A stretch of 64,000 nucleotides of DNA from an uncultured Hyphomicrobiales bacterium (GTDB lineage Bacteria; Bacteroidota; Ignavibacteria; Kapaibacteriales; UBA2268), in the NCBI GenBank assembly GCA_964413155.1, contig CAYPRT010000008.1, forward strand, positions 53 to 64,052. Direction: 5' to 3'. The notes beneath the pieces were generated by a model. It was not told the origin of the DNA, did no database searches, and worked only from the letters and a program-made list of their open reading frames with translations. Below are positions 18,659 to 27,649 of the stretch, piece by piece; within the stretch, counting starts at the first letter, position 1, and the number at the start of each line of letters is the position of its first letter. The translations under genes were made by a program, and so were the position numbers.

Positions 18659-19933
18659 ATGGCTGGTTCAAAAATCACGATGAAGGACGGGAAACTTGTA
18701 GTTCCCGATGAACCAATTATCCCATTCATTGAAGGGGATGGAACTGGACCCGATATTTGGAGAGCAAGTGTAAGAGTCTTCGATGCTGCTGTAGAAAAAG
18801 CTTACAAAGGTAAAAGAAAAATCCACTGGCTCGAAGTTTATGCTGGTGAAAAGGCTTTTAAATTGAAAGGTGAATGGCTACCGCAGGAAACATTAGATAC
18901 TTTTAAAGAGTATATTGTTGGTATCAAAGGACCCCTTACAACGCCAGTAGGTGGAGGTATTCGTTCTTTGAATGTTGCATTGCGCCAGTTACTCGACCTT
19001 TACGTTTGTTTGCGTCCAGTTCGTTATTTCGAAGGTGTTCCTTCCCCAGTTAAAAGGCCCGAATTAACTAATATGGTAATCTTCAGGGAAAATTCAGAAG
19101 ATATTTATGCAGGGATTGAATGGATGGCAGGCACCCCAGAAGTTAAGAAAGTTATCAAATTTTTACAAGAGGATATGGGGGTAACCAAAATTCGTTTCCC
19201 TGAAACATCTTCAATTGGGATCAAACCAGTTTCTGAGGAAGGTTCGAAGCGAATCGCTCGTGCTGCCATTGAATACGCTTTGAAGAACAAGCTTCCTTCG
19301 GTTACTTTTGTCCATAAAGGTAACATAATGAAATTTACCGAAGGAGCTTTTAAAAATTGGGGATATGATGTAGCCGAACAAGAATATGCAGACAAGTGCT
19401 TTACCTGGCGTCAGTATGATAAAATTAAGGAAGAAAAAGGAGAGGAAGAGGCAAATAGAGTTCAATCCGAAGAACTTGCAAAAGGAAAGCTTTTGGTTAA
19501 AGATTTCATTGCCGATGCTTTTCTGCAACAAATTTTGACTCGTCCAAATGAATATTCTGTTATCTGCACACTGAATTTAAATGGTGATTATATTTCCGAT
19601 GCTTTGGCTGCAATTGTTGGTGGAATTGGAATTGCTCCAGGAGCGAATATTAACTTTATCACTGGTCACGCAATTTTCGAGGCTACTCACGGAACTGCAC
19701 CTCGTTATGCTAATCAGGACAAAGTCAATCCTGGGTCTGTTATTCTTTCTGGCGTTATGATGCTGGAATACATTGGTTGGAAAGAAGCAGCCGACCTAAT
19801 AGTCAAAGGTCTCGAACGCACAATCAAACAAAAGCGGGTTACTTATGATTTCCATAGACTTATGGAAGGTGCTACACTTTTGAAAACCTCTGAGTTTGGC
19901 TCTGCAATTATTGAAAATATGGATGAACGGTAG
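18659..19933 (+). CDS. icd: NADP-dependent isocitrate dehydrogenase (homodimeric type)
   Basis: About 420 aa; isocitrate/isopropylmalate dehydrogenase signature [25 protein letters not shown]. Confidence 0.92.
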   Translation: MAGSKITMKDGKLVVPDEPIIPFIEGDGTGPDIWRASVRVFDAAVEKAYKGKRKIHWLEVYAGEKAFKLKGEWLPQETLDTFKEYIVGIKGPLTTPVGGGIRSLNVALRQLLDLYVCLRPVRYFEGVPSPVKRPELTNMVIFRENSEDIYAGIEWMAGTPEVKKVIKFLQEDMGVTKIRFPETSSIGIKPVSEEGSKRIARAAIEYALKNKLPSVTFVHKGNIMKFTEGAFKNWGYDVAEQEYADKCFTWRQYDKIKEEKGEEEANRVQSEELAKGKLLVKDFIADAFLQQILTRPNEYSVICTLNLNGDYISDALAAIVGGIGIAPGANINFITGHAIFEATHGTAPRYANQDKVNPGSVILSGVMMLEYIGWKEAADLIVKGLERTIKQKRVTYDFHRLMEGATLLKTSEFGSAIIENMDER

Positions 19934-19940
19934 CATAGAA

Positions 19941-19973
19941 GGGGCAAGAATTCTTGCCCCTTTCCTTTTCTTC
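19941..19973 (+). terminator. rho-independent terminator after icd (perfect 20-nt palindrome GGGGCAAGAATTCTTGCCCC followed by a T-rich tract)
   Basis: Seen directly. Confidence 0.65.
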
Positions 19974-20033
19974 CTTGGTTTTCCCTTTCGAATTTTATTT
20001 TCAGGGCTTTTAAGTATTAACTTTGGGCTACAA

Positions 20034-21920
20034 TTAGTATTCTCTATCTTTTGTAAAGTCTAATCGAAGGCTTGGTTGAATCATATTTTCAGGTTTCAAA
20101 ATTTCTTCGAGTTGTTCCTTGGACAAAAGATTCTTTTCGACAACAAGTTCGTATGGGGATTTTCCAGTTTCCAATGCTTCCTTTGCAAGATTTGTCGAAA
20201 CTTCATATCCGAGATAAGGATTTAATGCAGTGATTAACCCAATTGATTTTTCAACATATTCTCTGCACTTTTTCTCGTTAGCAGTAATACCTTTCACACA
20301 TCGAAAATTGAATGTAACTATCCCATTGCGTAACATCTCAATTGATTCGAAGATACTTTGGGCAATAACTGGTTCAAATACATTAAGTTGTAGTTGGCCA
20401 GCTTCGGCCGCTAATGTTACTGTCAAATCGTTTCCGATTACTTTAAATGCTATTTGGTTTACTACTTCTGGGATAACTGGATTGACTTTTCCAGGCATAA
20501 TGGACGAGCCGGGTTGCATTTTAGGTAAGTTGATCTCATTCAAACCAGCTCGTGGTCCAGAACTTAAAAGTCTTAAATCGTTGGCTATCTTTGATAATTT
20601 GACTGCAAGCCTTTTTATAGCCGAAGAAAATATCACGAAGGCGCCAGTGTCTTGGGTCGCTTCTACAAGATTTTCGGCTAAAACAAGTGGCAAGCCTGTA
20701 ATTTCTTGTAAGTATTCGAGGGCTAATGTCCTGTATTGAGGATGAGTATTTATTCCTGTGCCAATGGCAGTCCCACCCAAGTTTATTTCGAGGAGCAGTT
20801 TCATATTTTGTTTAATTCTTTCAATTTCTTCTTCCAATGTTACTGCGAATGCTTCGAATTCTTGTCCCAGCGTCATTGGAACTGCATCTTGCAATTGGGT
20901 GCGACCCATCTTTATTATTTTCGAAAATTCTTTGGCTTTTTCTAGGAATGATTCGATTAAGTCCTTTAAAACAGGAAGAAGTTTTTGCGTTGAATAAATG
21001 AGGGCAATACGGAGTGCTGTGGGGTAGACATCGTTAGTTGATTGTGAAAGGTTTACGTGGTTGTTTGGATGGCAATGTTGGTAATCGCCAAGTTCGTAAC
21101 CCATAATTTCGAGAGCTCGATTTGCAATTACCTCGTTTGCGTTCATATTTGTGGAGGTTCCTGCTCCTCCTTGAATCATATCAACTACGAAGTGTGTATG
21201 AAAACGACCTTCGATGATTTCTTTGCAAGCTTGAATAATTGCATTTTTAATATTTTCGGGTAAAAGTCCAAGTTGATGATTTGCGAGTGCACAAGCATAT
21301 TTCACTTGAGCCAATGCAATGATTAATTCTGGAAAATGACTAATTGGGATTCCTGTAATTGGGAAGTTTTCAAGCGCCCGAAGGGTCTGAATTCCGTAAA
21401 ATAATTCTGCTGGAACTTCGCGCTCGCCAAGCAAGTCGTGTTCAATTCGTACTCGACCAGAAACATATTGTGCAGCCGCATTAACAACTTGATTCGTTGT
21501 TTGACGCATTCTTCGGGCTATGACCTTGGAAATTTCCGATATTATTTTTGAAGCAATTAAGGGATTATTTTGCAGAATTTTTGAAAATTTTTCTCTACTT
21601 AAAAAAATTAATTTTGTTGGCTCTTTTGCAATTGCATTTGTTGAATGCGGATAGTCGTCTAATAGTGCCCCTTCGGAAAGAAAATCATATTCACTAAAAA
21701 AAGCGAGTTTCTTTTCTTCTCCAACTGGAGATTTTTTGTATAGTTCAATCTTTCCTTCTACTACGACATACATTCCTTCCCGTGGGGAATTCTCAAGAAA
21801 CAAATGTTCGTTTGGTTTTAAATCAAGAAATTCAATGTTTTGTAAAATTGGAAGCAATTCATCTTCATTTAAGGTCTTGAATATATCAACTTTTCTTAAA
21901 AAAGCAGAAATTTGTTTCAT
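20034..21920 (-). CDS. aspA: aspartate ammonia-lyase fused to an N-terminal cyclic-nucleotide-binding (CAP effector-like) domain
   Basis: N-terminal 140 aa has a cNMP-binding fold (FLRKVDIFKTL...GALLDD...AIAKEPTKLIFLSREKF); lyase signature GSSIMPGKVNPVIPEVVNQ matches aspartase rather than fumarase. Confidence 0.8.
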   Translation of the reverse strand: MKQISAFLRKVDIFKTLNEDELLPILQNIEFLDLKPNEHLFLENSPREGMYVVVEGKIELYKKSPVGEEKKLAFFSEYDFLSEGALLDDYPHSTNAIAKEPTKLIFLSREKFSKILQNNPLIASKIISEISKVIARRMRQTTNQVVNAAAQYVSGRVRIEHDLLGEREVPAELFYGIQTLRALENFPITGIPISHFPELIIALAQVKYACALANHQLGLLPENIKNAIIQACKEIIEGRFHTHFVVDMIQGGAGTSTNMNANEVIANRALEIMGYELGDYQHCHPNNHVNLSQSTNDVYPTALRIALIYSTQKLLPVLKDLIESFLEKAKEFSKIIKMGRTQLQDAVPMTLGQEFEAFAVTLEEEIERIKQNMKLLLEINLGGTAIGTGINTHPQYRTLALEYLQEITGLPLVLAENLVEATQDTGAFVIFSSAIKRLAVKLSKIANDLRLLSSGPRAGLNEINLPKMQPGSSIMPGKVNPVIPEVVNQIAFKVIGNDLTVTLAAEAGQLQLNVFEPVIAQSIFESIEMLRNGIVTFNFRCVKGITANEKKCREYVEKSIGLITALNPYLGYEVSTNLAKEALETGKSPYELVVEKNLLSKEQLEEILKPENMIQPSLRLDFTKDREY

Positions 21921-23161
21921 TTAAATTCCTTTTTAAGTTTTACATAGAGAAATTTTCTTTTACCATATTTGATTAATTTTTGCTGAGAAAGATCCAAAAA
22001 ATAATTCGAGTCTGGAACGCGAGTACCATCGATATAAACTCCACCTTGTTCGATAATTCTTCGAGCTTCTTTTTTCGATGGAGCAAGTCCAGTTTGAACC
22101 AAAATATCCACGATATTTTGTTTAACGTCATTTGATTCAATTTCGAAAGTTTCAACTTCATCGGGAATATCTTTCTTTACAAAAATGTTCTGGAATTCTT
22201 GGTAGGCTTTTTCAGCGGTTTCGATGTCGTAGTATAATGTAACAATTCTTTTTGCAGTTTCAACTTTTGCATTGCGAGGATGTATGGTTCCATCTTTAAG
22301 TCCTTTTTCAAGTTGGGCGACTTCAGTATCGCTTGCAAAAGCTCCATATTTAAAATATTTTATTATTAGTTCATCTGGTATGGACATAACTTTACCAAAC
22401 ATTTCCCGAGGGGTATCGTTTAATGCAATATAGTTTCCGAGCGATTTGCTCATTTTTTCAACACCATCGGTTCCTTCGAGTATAGGCATAAGGACAATGC
22501 ATTGTGGCTCTTTTCCAAAAGCTTTCTGAATTTCTCGCCCAACTATTAAATTGAATTTTTGATCGGTTCCTCCAAGTTCAACATCTGCTTCGACTGCAAC
22601 GGAATCCATTCCTTGTGCAAGTGGATAGAGAATTTCGTGTATGCTGATTGGAATTCCATTTTTGAAACGTAAGGAAAAATCATCTCGTTCAAGAATCTGT
22701 GCAACAGTGTATTTTGAAGCAAGATTGATTACATCAGAAAATGTCATTTTCCCCAGCCATTCGGAGTTAAAGCGAACTTGTAAGTTTTGTGGCGATAAAA
22801 TTTTTGTTGCTTGTTGAAGGTAAGTTCTACCATTAATTCTGGTTTCTTCCATAGTCAATGGTGGTCGGGTTTTGTTTCTTCCCGATGGGTCGCCAATCAT
22901 TGCTGTAAAATCCCCGACAATTAAAATTGCAATGTGCCCAAGATCTTGGAATTGCCTTAGTTTCTTTAAAACAACAGAATGTCCTATATGTAAATCTGGT
23001 TTGCTTGGGTCACATCCAAGTTTGATTTTCAAAGGTATTTGGGTTTTCAAGGATTTTTCAAGTTTTTGAACCAATTCATCTTCGGGAAATACCTCTTCGG
23101 CAAACGATTTGATGGTGTCCATTTGTTCATTAATCGGAGGAAATATAGTTTTTCCGCTCAT
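21917..23161 (-). CDS. tyrS: tyrosyl-tRNA synthetase
   Basis: HIGH motif (LHIGH) and KMSKS motif (KMSKSLGN); C-terminal S4-like domain. Confidence 0.92.
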   Translation of the reverse strand: MSGKTIFPPINEQMDTIKSFAEEVFPEDELVQKLEKSLKTQIPLKIKLGCDPSKPDLHIGHSVVLKKLRQFQDLGHIAILIVGDFTAMIGDPSGRNKTRPPLTMEETRINGRTYLQQATKILSPQNLQVRFNSEWLGKMTFSDVINLASKYTVAQILERDDFSLRFKNGIPISIHEILYPLAQGMDSVAVEADVELGGTDQKFNLIVGREIQKAFGKEPQCIVLMPILEGTDGVEKMSKSLGNYIALNDTPREMFGKVMSIPDELIIKYFKYGAFASDTEVAQLEKGLKDGTIHPRNAKVETAKRIVTLYYDIETAEKAYQEFQNIFVKKDIPDEVETFEIESNDVKQNIVDILVQTGLAPSKKEARRIIEQGGVYIDGTRVPDSNYFLDLSQQKLIKYGKRKFLYVKLKKEFK

Positions 23162-23637
23162 ACTTTAAACCTCTTTGATATTTCACGTTCCATTTCTTTC
23201 TTTTTGATTGTTTCGCGTTTGTCGAATTTTTTCTTTGCTTTTACTAAAGCAATTTCAACTTTAACAAAAGGTCCAGAAAAATAAATCGAAAGTGGAATGA
23301 TTGTAAAACCTTTGTGTTCGACTGCCACCTTTAATCTTGTCAGTTGATTATAATGGAGCAACAATTTTCTGGGGCGTCGTGGTTCATGGTTAAATTGGTT
23401 GGCTGGCTCGTAGGGGCTAATATGGAAATTTACTAAATAAAGTTCGTGGGATTTTGGATTTAAAAATGTACAATATGCATCTTGAATATTACATCGTCCT
23501 TGTCTAATAGATTTTACTTCGGTTCCTTTTAATTCAATTCCTGCTTCATATTTTTGAATAATTTCAAAGTCGTGGAATGCACGCTTGTTTTTTAATACAA
23601 CCTTAATTTTTCTGGCGTTTAAATTTGCCTCGCCCAA
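23158..23637 (-). CDS. smpB: SsrA-binding protein
   Basis: KRAFHDFEI...GIELKGTEVKS canonical SmpB. Confidence 0.92.
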   Translation of the reverse strand: MGEANLNARKIKVVLKNKRAFHDFEIIQKYEAGIELKGTEVKSIRQGRCNIQDAYCTFLNPKSHELYLVNFHISPYEPANQFNHEPRRPRKLLLHYNQLTRLKVAVEHKGFTIIPLSIYFSGPFVKVEIALVKAKKKFDKRETIKKKEMEREISKRFKV

Positions 23638-23735
23638 TTTTCCCTCGAATTAATGATAGGTAACGAAATTTTATCTAAATTGTTTTTTAAAATAAAAATT
23701 CAATATAGGAAGTACTTTATGCTTGTAAGTTTTGC

Positions 23736-24107
23736 TTACTTTTCAATTACTACCAATGCAATAGAATGGGAGTTAATATGGGAAAGGCTTACAAAAATTT
23801 TATAAGTATCCCATTTTTCTCTTAGCTCTCCAATAAGTTCAATTTCTGGTTTACCGCTTGAAGAATTGATTATTCCAATCTGGTTTAATTTAAATCCTTG
23901 AGTTAAGCCTGTTCCAATTGCCTTGCTAAAAGCTTCTTTTGCTGAAAATCTTGCAGCATAGTGAATATATTTTTTCTCTTTAAATTCTTCGCAATATTTT
24001 CTTTCGTTTTCTGTAAAAACCCTTCTTAAAAAATGTTCACCATAAGTTTCGATAGCATTCTTTATCCTTTCGACTTCGATAATATCGACACCAATTCCAA
24101 CAATCAT
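23736..24107 (-). CDS. acpS: holo-[acyl-carrier-protein] synthase
   Basis: MIVGIGVDIIEVERI... 4'-phosphopantetheinyl transferase, about 120 aa. Confidence 0.88.
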   Translation of the reverse strand: MIVGIGVDIIEVERIKNAIETYGEHFLRRVFTENERKYCEEFKEKKYIHYAARFSAKEAFSKAIGTGLTQGFKLNQIGIINSSSGKPEIELIGELREKWDTYKIFVSLSHINSHSIALVVIEK

Positions 24108-24853
24108 TTAATTTCTTTTGCTTTTTTCAACATTTCTACTATTTTGGGCAGGCTTTTAGCAGAAGTTTCGGAAATTTTGAAATCAACAAATGGTGACAAA
24201 ACTGTTGGATTTGGATTGACTTCGACAAGTGTAGCTCCGGAATGCTTTGCAATGTAGGGGAGATTCGCTGCGGGGTAAACTTCTGCGGAAGTGCCAATGC
24301 TAAAGAAAACTTCACACTCGCGGGCGGATATTTCTGCCATTTCAAGCGCATCGGGAGGCAACATTTCCCCAAACCAAACAACCGATGGTCGAATTAAGCC
24401 TCCACATTTGGGACAGCGCGGAATGGCACCACTTTCTAAATCGATTTTTTGTTCGTATGGTGCTTTGCAATTGAAACAATGGTTTTCAATAATATTTCCG
24501 TGCAACTCAATAACATTTTTCGAGCCAGCTTGTTGATGTAGGCGGTCAACATTTTGGGTAATCAATGTAAATTGGGGAAAGATTTTTTCCATTTCCACAA
24601 GTGCATAATGTCCGGGATTGGGTTTTGCATCGTAAACCACTTTCCGTCGATATTGATACCAATCCCAAACTCTTTGTGGATTGGACATAAAACCTTCGAT
24701 ACTGGCAAGCTCCATTGGGTTAAATTTAGCCCAAAGGCCGTCTGGGTCGCGGAAAGTGGAAATCCCGCTTTCTGCAGAAATACCAGCTCCGGTAAATACC
24801 GCCACATAATTTGCTTTTAATAATATTTCGATAAGTTTTTCGGGGATTTCCAT
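24104..24853 (-). CDS. cobB: NAD-dependent protein deacylase (Sir2/CobB family)
   Basis: GAGISAESGISTFRD, QNVDRLHQ, zinc ribbon CxxC...CxxC; canonical compact sirtuin. Confidence 0.85.
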   Translation of the reverse strand: MEIPEKLIEILLKANYVAVFTGAGISAESGISTFRDPDGLWAKFNPMELASIEGFMSNPQRVWDWYQYRRKVVYDAKPNPGHYALVEMEKIFPQFTLITQNVDRLHQQAGSKNVIELHGNIIENHCFNCKAPYEQKIDLESGAIPRCPKCGGLIRPSVVWFGEMLPPDALEMAEISARECEVFFSIGTSAEVYPAANLPYIAKHSGATLVEVNPNPTVLSPFVDFKISETSAKSLPKIVEMLKKAKEIK

Positions 24854-24867
24854 ATATGCTCCTGAAT

Positions 24868-25857
24868 TTATTCTTCTTTGGGTGGAGGCTCGCTAAGCAA
24901 AATTTGACCAGGATTTAATGTGTATTCTCGTATCAACTTTTGAATCATAAAATTCGAACGCTTCAAGCCTGCTATTAAATCTGATAGAGTAAAAGTTAGT
25001 AGTTCAGCTTTAGTTCCAAACACGTAAATAAAGTTTGTTCCAAAGTTGACTATGCTATCAACCTTTGAAAAAGTTGAATCGATTCGGGTAGAAATTCTTG
25101 CATCAGTGACTTCCTTTTGTAAAGAATCCGCAAATTTTTCCAGCTTTTTGGTAATGTTGACTATATTTTCGGAAGCCACTTCAAGCTCTGCAATTATAGT
25201 CGAAGTGTCCATTTTCATCGAAAGTGAGTTTAAATGTTCGGTAGTTTGTTGCAAATTTCGAATGGTTGCAAGTAATTCCTCGTTTGACAAAAAATCGGAA
25301 GCAGTTTCCAGAAACTGAATTATTTTTTCGGAAACTTCGCGAAATTGAAATTCCATTAGTTTGTTAACGGTTTCGCGGATTCCCGCTTCGAGTGTTTCAA
25401 TTCCCGATGGGGCTGAATTAATTAATGTAAATGGTGGTGTAAAAGTGATTTTTGGGTGCCATTCAAGAATGTCTGGGTTGTTAGTGTAAAATAGTTGCAA
25501 AAATCTTCCGCCAGTTAGTCCTGAAAGCTCAATTTTAATGCGAAGGCTATCGGTTATTCGAATTTTTTTTTCGATAACCATAACAACTTCAATCATTCGC
25601 CCATCGGGGGCTACTCTGATATCGTATACACTGCCAACAGGAACACCGAGATACTTTACTGGTGTTCCTTTTGAAATTCCTTCGACAGATCCCTCGAAAT
25701 AAGTTACATAATAAATATTTTCGCGGAAAAATTTTGAGGTTCCGAACCAAATTATTGCTACGGCAGTCAGAATAAACCCCGAAACTACAAATAAACCAAT
25801 GAAAAAATTGGCAGTGAATTTAGTTTTTGCCATGTTGTTTTCAATTTTAACAAACAA
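24868..25857 (-). CDS. MCE/MlaD-family protein (membrane-anchored, C-terminal coiled-coil region)
   Basis: N-terminal TM segment plus MCE domain (YFEGSVEGISKGTPVKYLGVPVGSV). Confidence 0.75.
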   Translation of the reverse strand: MFVKIENNMAKTKFTANFFIGLFVVSGFILTAVAIIWFGTSKFFRENIYYVTYFEGSVEGISKGTPVKYLGVPVGSVYDIRVAPDGRMIEVVMVIEKKIRITDSLRIKIELSGLTGGRFLQLFYTNNPDILEWHPKITFTPPFTLINSAPSGIETLEAGIRETVNKLMEFQFREVSEKIIQFLETASDFLSNEELLATIRNLQQTTEHLNSLSMKMDTSTIIAELEVASENIVNITKKLEKFADSLQKEVTDARISTRIDSTFSKVDSIVNFGTNFIYVFGTKAELLTFTLSDLIAGLKRSNFMIQKLIREYTLNPGQILLSEPPPKEE

Positions 25858-25886
25858 AATTAAAAAATTAATTAAAATTCAGACAT

Positions 25887-26819
25887 TTATTTAGTTTTTT
25901 TTGGATTATTGCGTTCTTCTTTGAATGGTAGAAAAGAAAACACAAAGCTTGCAAATTCGGAGACTAAAACTCCAAGAAGTATTAAAAAAGCACCTAAATA
26001 TTCCATTGGTTTAAGTATTTCTTTGAAAAAGAATAATGCAAATATGGATGCAAATACAGGCTCAAGGGAAAAAATCAAAGCAGCTTTAACAGGTGATGTA
26101 TATTTTTGAACACTTGTATGAATTGAAGTAAGTATAATTGAGGCAATTATTCCGTTATAGAATAGTGCTATCAGCAACTTGTTGTTAATTTGAATACTTT
26201 GCCAATTTTCAAACAACATTGCTCCAAAAATGCTTGCTATGAAGACTAATATAAACTGGGAAATTACAAATTGAATCGTTTCAGAAAGATTCTGAATTTC
26301 AATTGTAAATCGATTCATATAAACAAGATAAAATGCCCAAAAGAATGAAGAAAGCAAAGTGAGTAGGTCTCCAATATTCAAATTTCCGAACTCAGGATTA
26401 GTGAAAAAGTAAAGACCCGCTACGACAATAATAATTCCAAGCCATTGATAAATGGAAACTTTTTTCTTCTCGATAAGTTTATAAGCAAAAGGTGTTAATG
26501 CGACTGATAGTCCTGTAATGAATGCAGATTTTGTTACAGTTGTATATTGAAGTCCAAGTGTTTGTAAAATGAACCCACCAGCATAGAAGAAACCAAGAAT
26601 TAAGCCAAGAATTAAATTTTTATGGCTTATTTGGAAAAAAGTTTTCCACCATAGAGCCAAAGAAATTAAAAGAGCAATTCCAAAACGAAATGTTGTGAAT
26701 TGGAAAGGTTGGGCAAACTCGAGACCAATTTTTGTAAAAGAAAAAGTAGCTCCCCAAATGATTGTAATTAATAGTAAAAGTAATTCTGCATCTCTTGTTT
26801 TCATAGCGCAAAAAATCAA
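25887..26819 (-). CDS. EamA/DMT-family transporter
   Basis: 10 predicted TM helices; two EamA-like halves. Confidence 0.75.
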   Translation of the reverse strand: MIFCAMKTRDAELLLLLITIIWGATFSFTKIGLEFAQPFQFTTFRFGIALLISLALWWKTFFQISHKNLILGLILGFFYAGGFILQTLGLQYTTVTKSAFITGLSVALTPFAYKLIEKKKVSIYQWLGIIIVVAGLYFFTNPEFGNLNIGDLLTLLSSFFWAFYLVYMNRFTIEIQNLSETIQFVISQFILVFIASIFGAMLFENWQSIQINNKLLIALFYNGIIASIILTSIHTSVQKYTSPVKAALIFSLEPVFASIFALFFFKEILKPMEYLGAFLILLGVLVSEFASFVFSFLPFKEERNNPKKTK

Positions 26820-26857
26820 AATGTATTAAGAGTAAAAATAGAAATTTTTATTTAATT

Positions 26858-27649
26858 TTGATTTTGATTTGGGGAAGTAGCGGGGCAAAATTGTTGACAA
26901 TTGAATCTTACTTTATTCCGGTTACATTAGAGAAGTTCTATGAAACAAACCACAATACAATTGTTTTTGTCGGAGTCGATATTTTGCGAGCTGGAACTAC
27001 ACTATGCGTTTCTCTTTACAACGGTGCGAAAGAAGTTATTCCGGTCTTTGATTCCAATGAAGCATTGTTGATTTATAACCGAATGGACCGGGAAAGTGTT
27101 TTATTAGGTGGAGAAAGGAATTGCATGAAAATAGAAGGTTACCACCTTGGTAATTCACCTTTGGAATACACTTTGGAAAAAGTAAGCGGTAAAAGTATCA
27201 TTTTGAATACAACTAACGGCAGTACACTTTTTAAAATGGGCTTGGGTTTAAAAAATTTCTTGATTGGTTCATTTATTAATATTTCCGGTGTTATTGAATT
27301 TATTCTTCAAAAAATTAAGTCCAATGAAAATAATAAAGTTATTTTGTTTTGCTCGGGGAACAATTCTTCATTCTCTTTCGAGGATGCCATTTTCTGCGGT
27401 TGTTTAGTTGAATTACTCATACAAAAACTCGAGGGGAAAGAGAAAATAAAGTTAAATGATGCATCTGTTGCTGCTAATCAATTATATAATATTCATAAAA
27501 ATAATCTACTCGAGTTTACAAAGTCCACTGAACATGGGCGTTTTTTGGTCGAGCAAGGTTTCGAAAAAGACATCGATTTTTCGCTACAATTCGATAAAGT
27601 TTCTGTTGTTCCTATTTCGAATGGTTTTTCCTTTGTCAAATATAAGTAA
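26858..27649 (+). CDS. 2-phosphosulfolactate phosphatase (ComB) family protein
   Basis: VGVDILRAGTT matches the ComB D(V/I)LRA(S/T)(S/T)T motif; about 240 aa core. Confidence 0.65.
   Translation: MILIWGSSGAKLLTIESYFIPVTLEKFYETNHNTIVFVGVDILRAGTTLCVSLYNGAKEVIPVFDSNEALLIYNRMDRESVLLGGERNCMKIEGYHLGNSPLEYTLEKVSGKSIILNTTNGSTLFKMGLGLKNFLIGSFINISGVIEFILQKIKSNENNKVILFCSGNNSSFSFEDAIFCGCLVELLIQKLEGKEKIKLNDASVAANQLYNIHKNNLLEFTKSTEHGRFLVEQGFEKDIDFSLQFDKVSVVPISNGFSFVKYK

Noticed and set aside
24104-24853. Sir2-domain protein as a possible anti-phage (Thoeris/DSR-like) component
   Set aside because: Sequence is a compact canonical CobB sirtuin with a zinc ribbon and conserved deacylase motifs. It sits in a housekeeping acpS-smpB-tyrS operon and has no SLOG, TIR or large N-terminal domain, so it is an ordinary protein deacylase.
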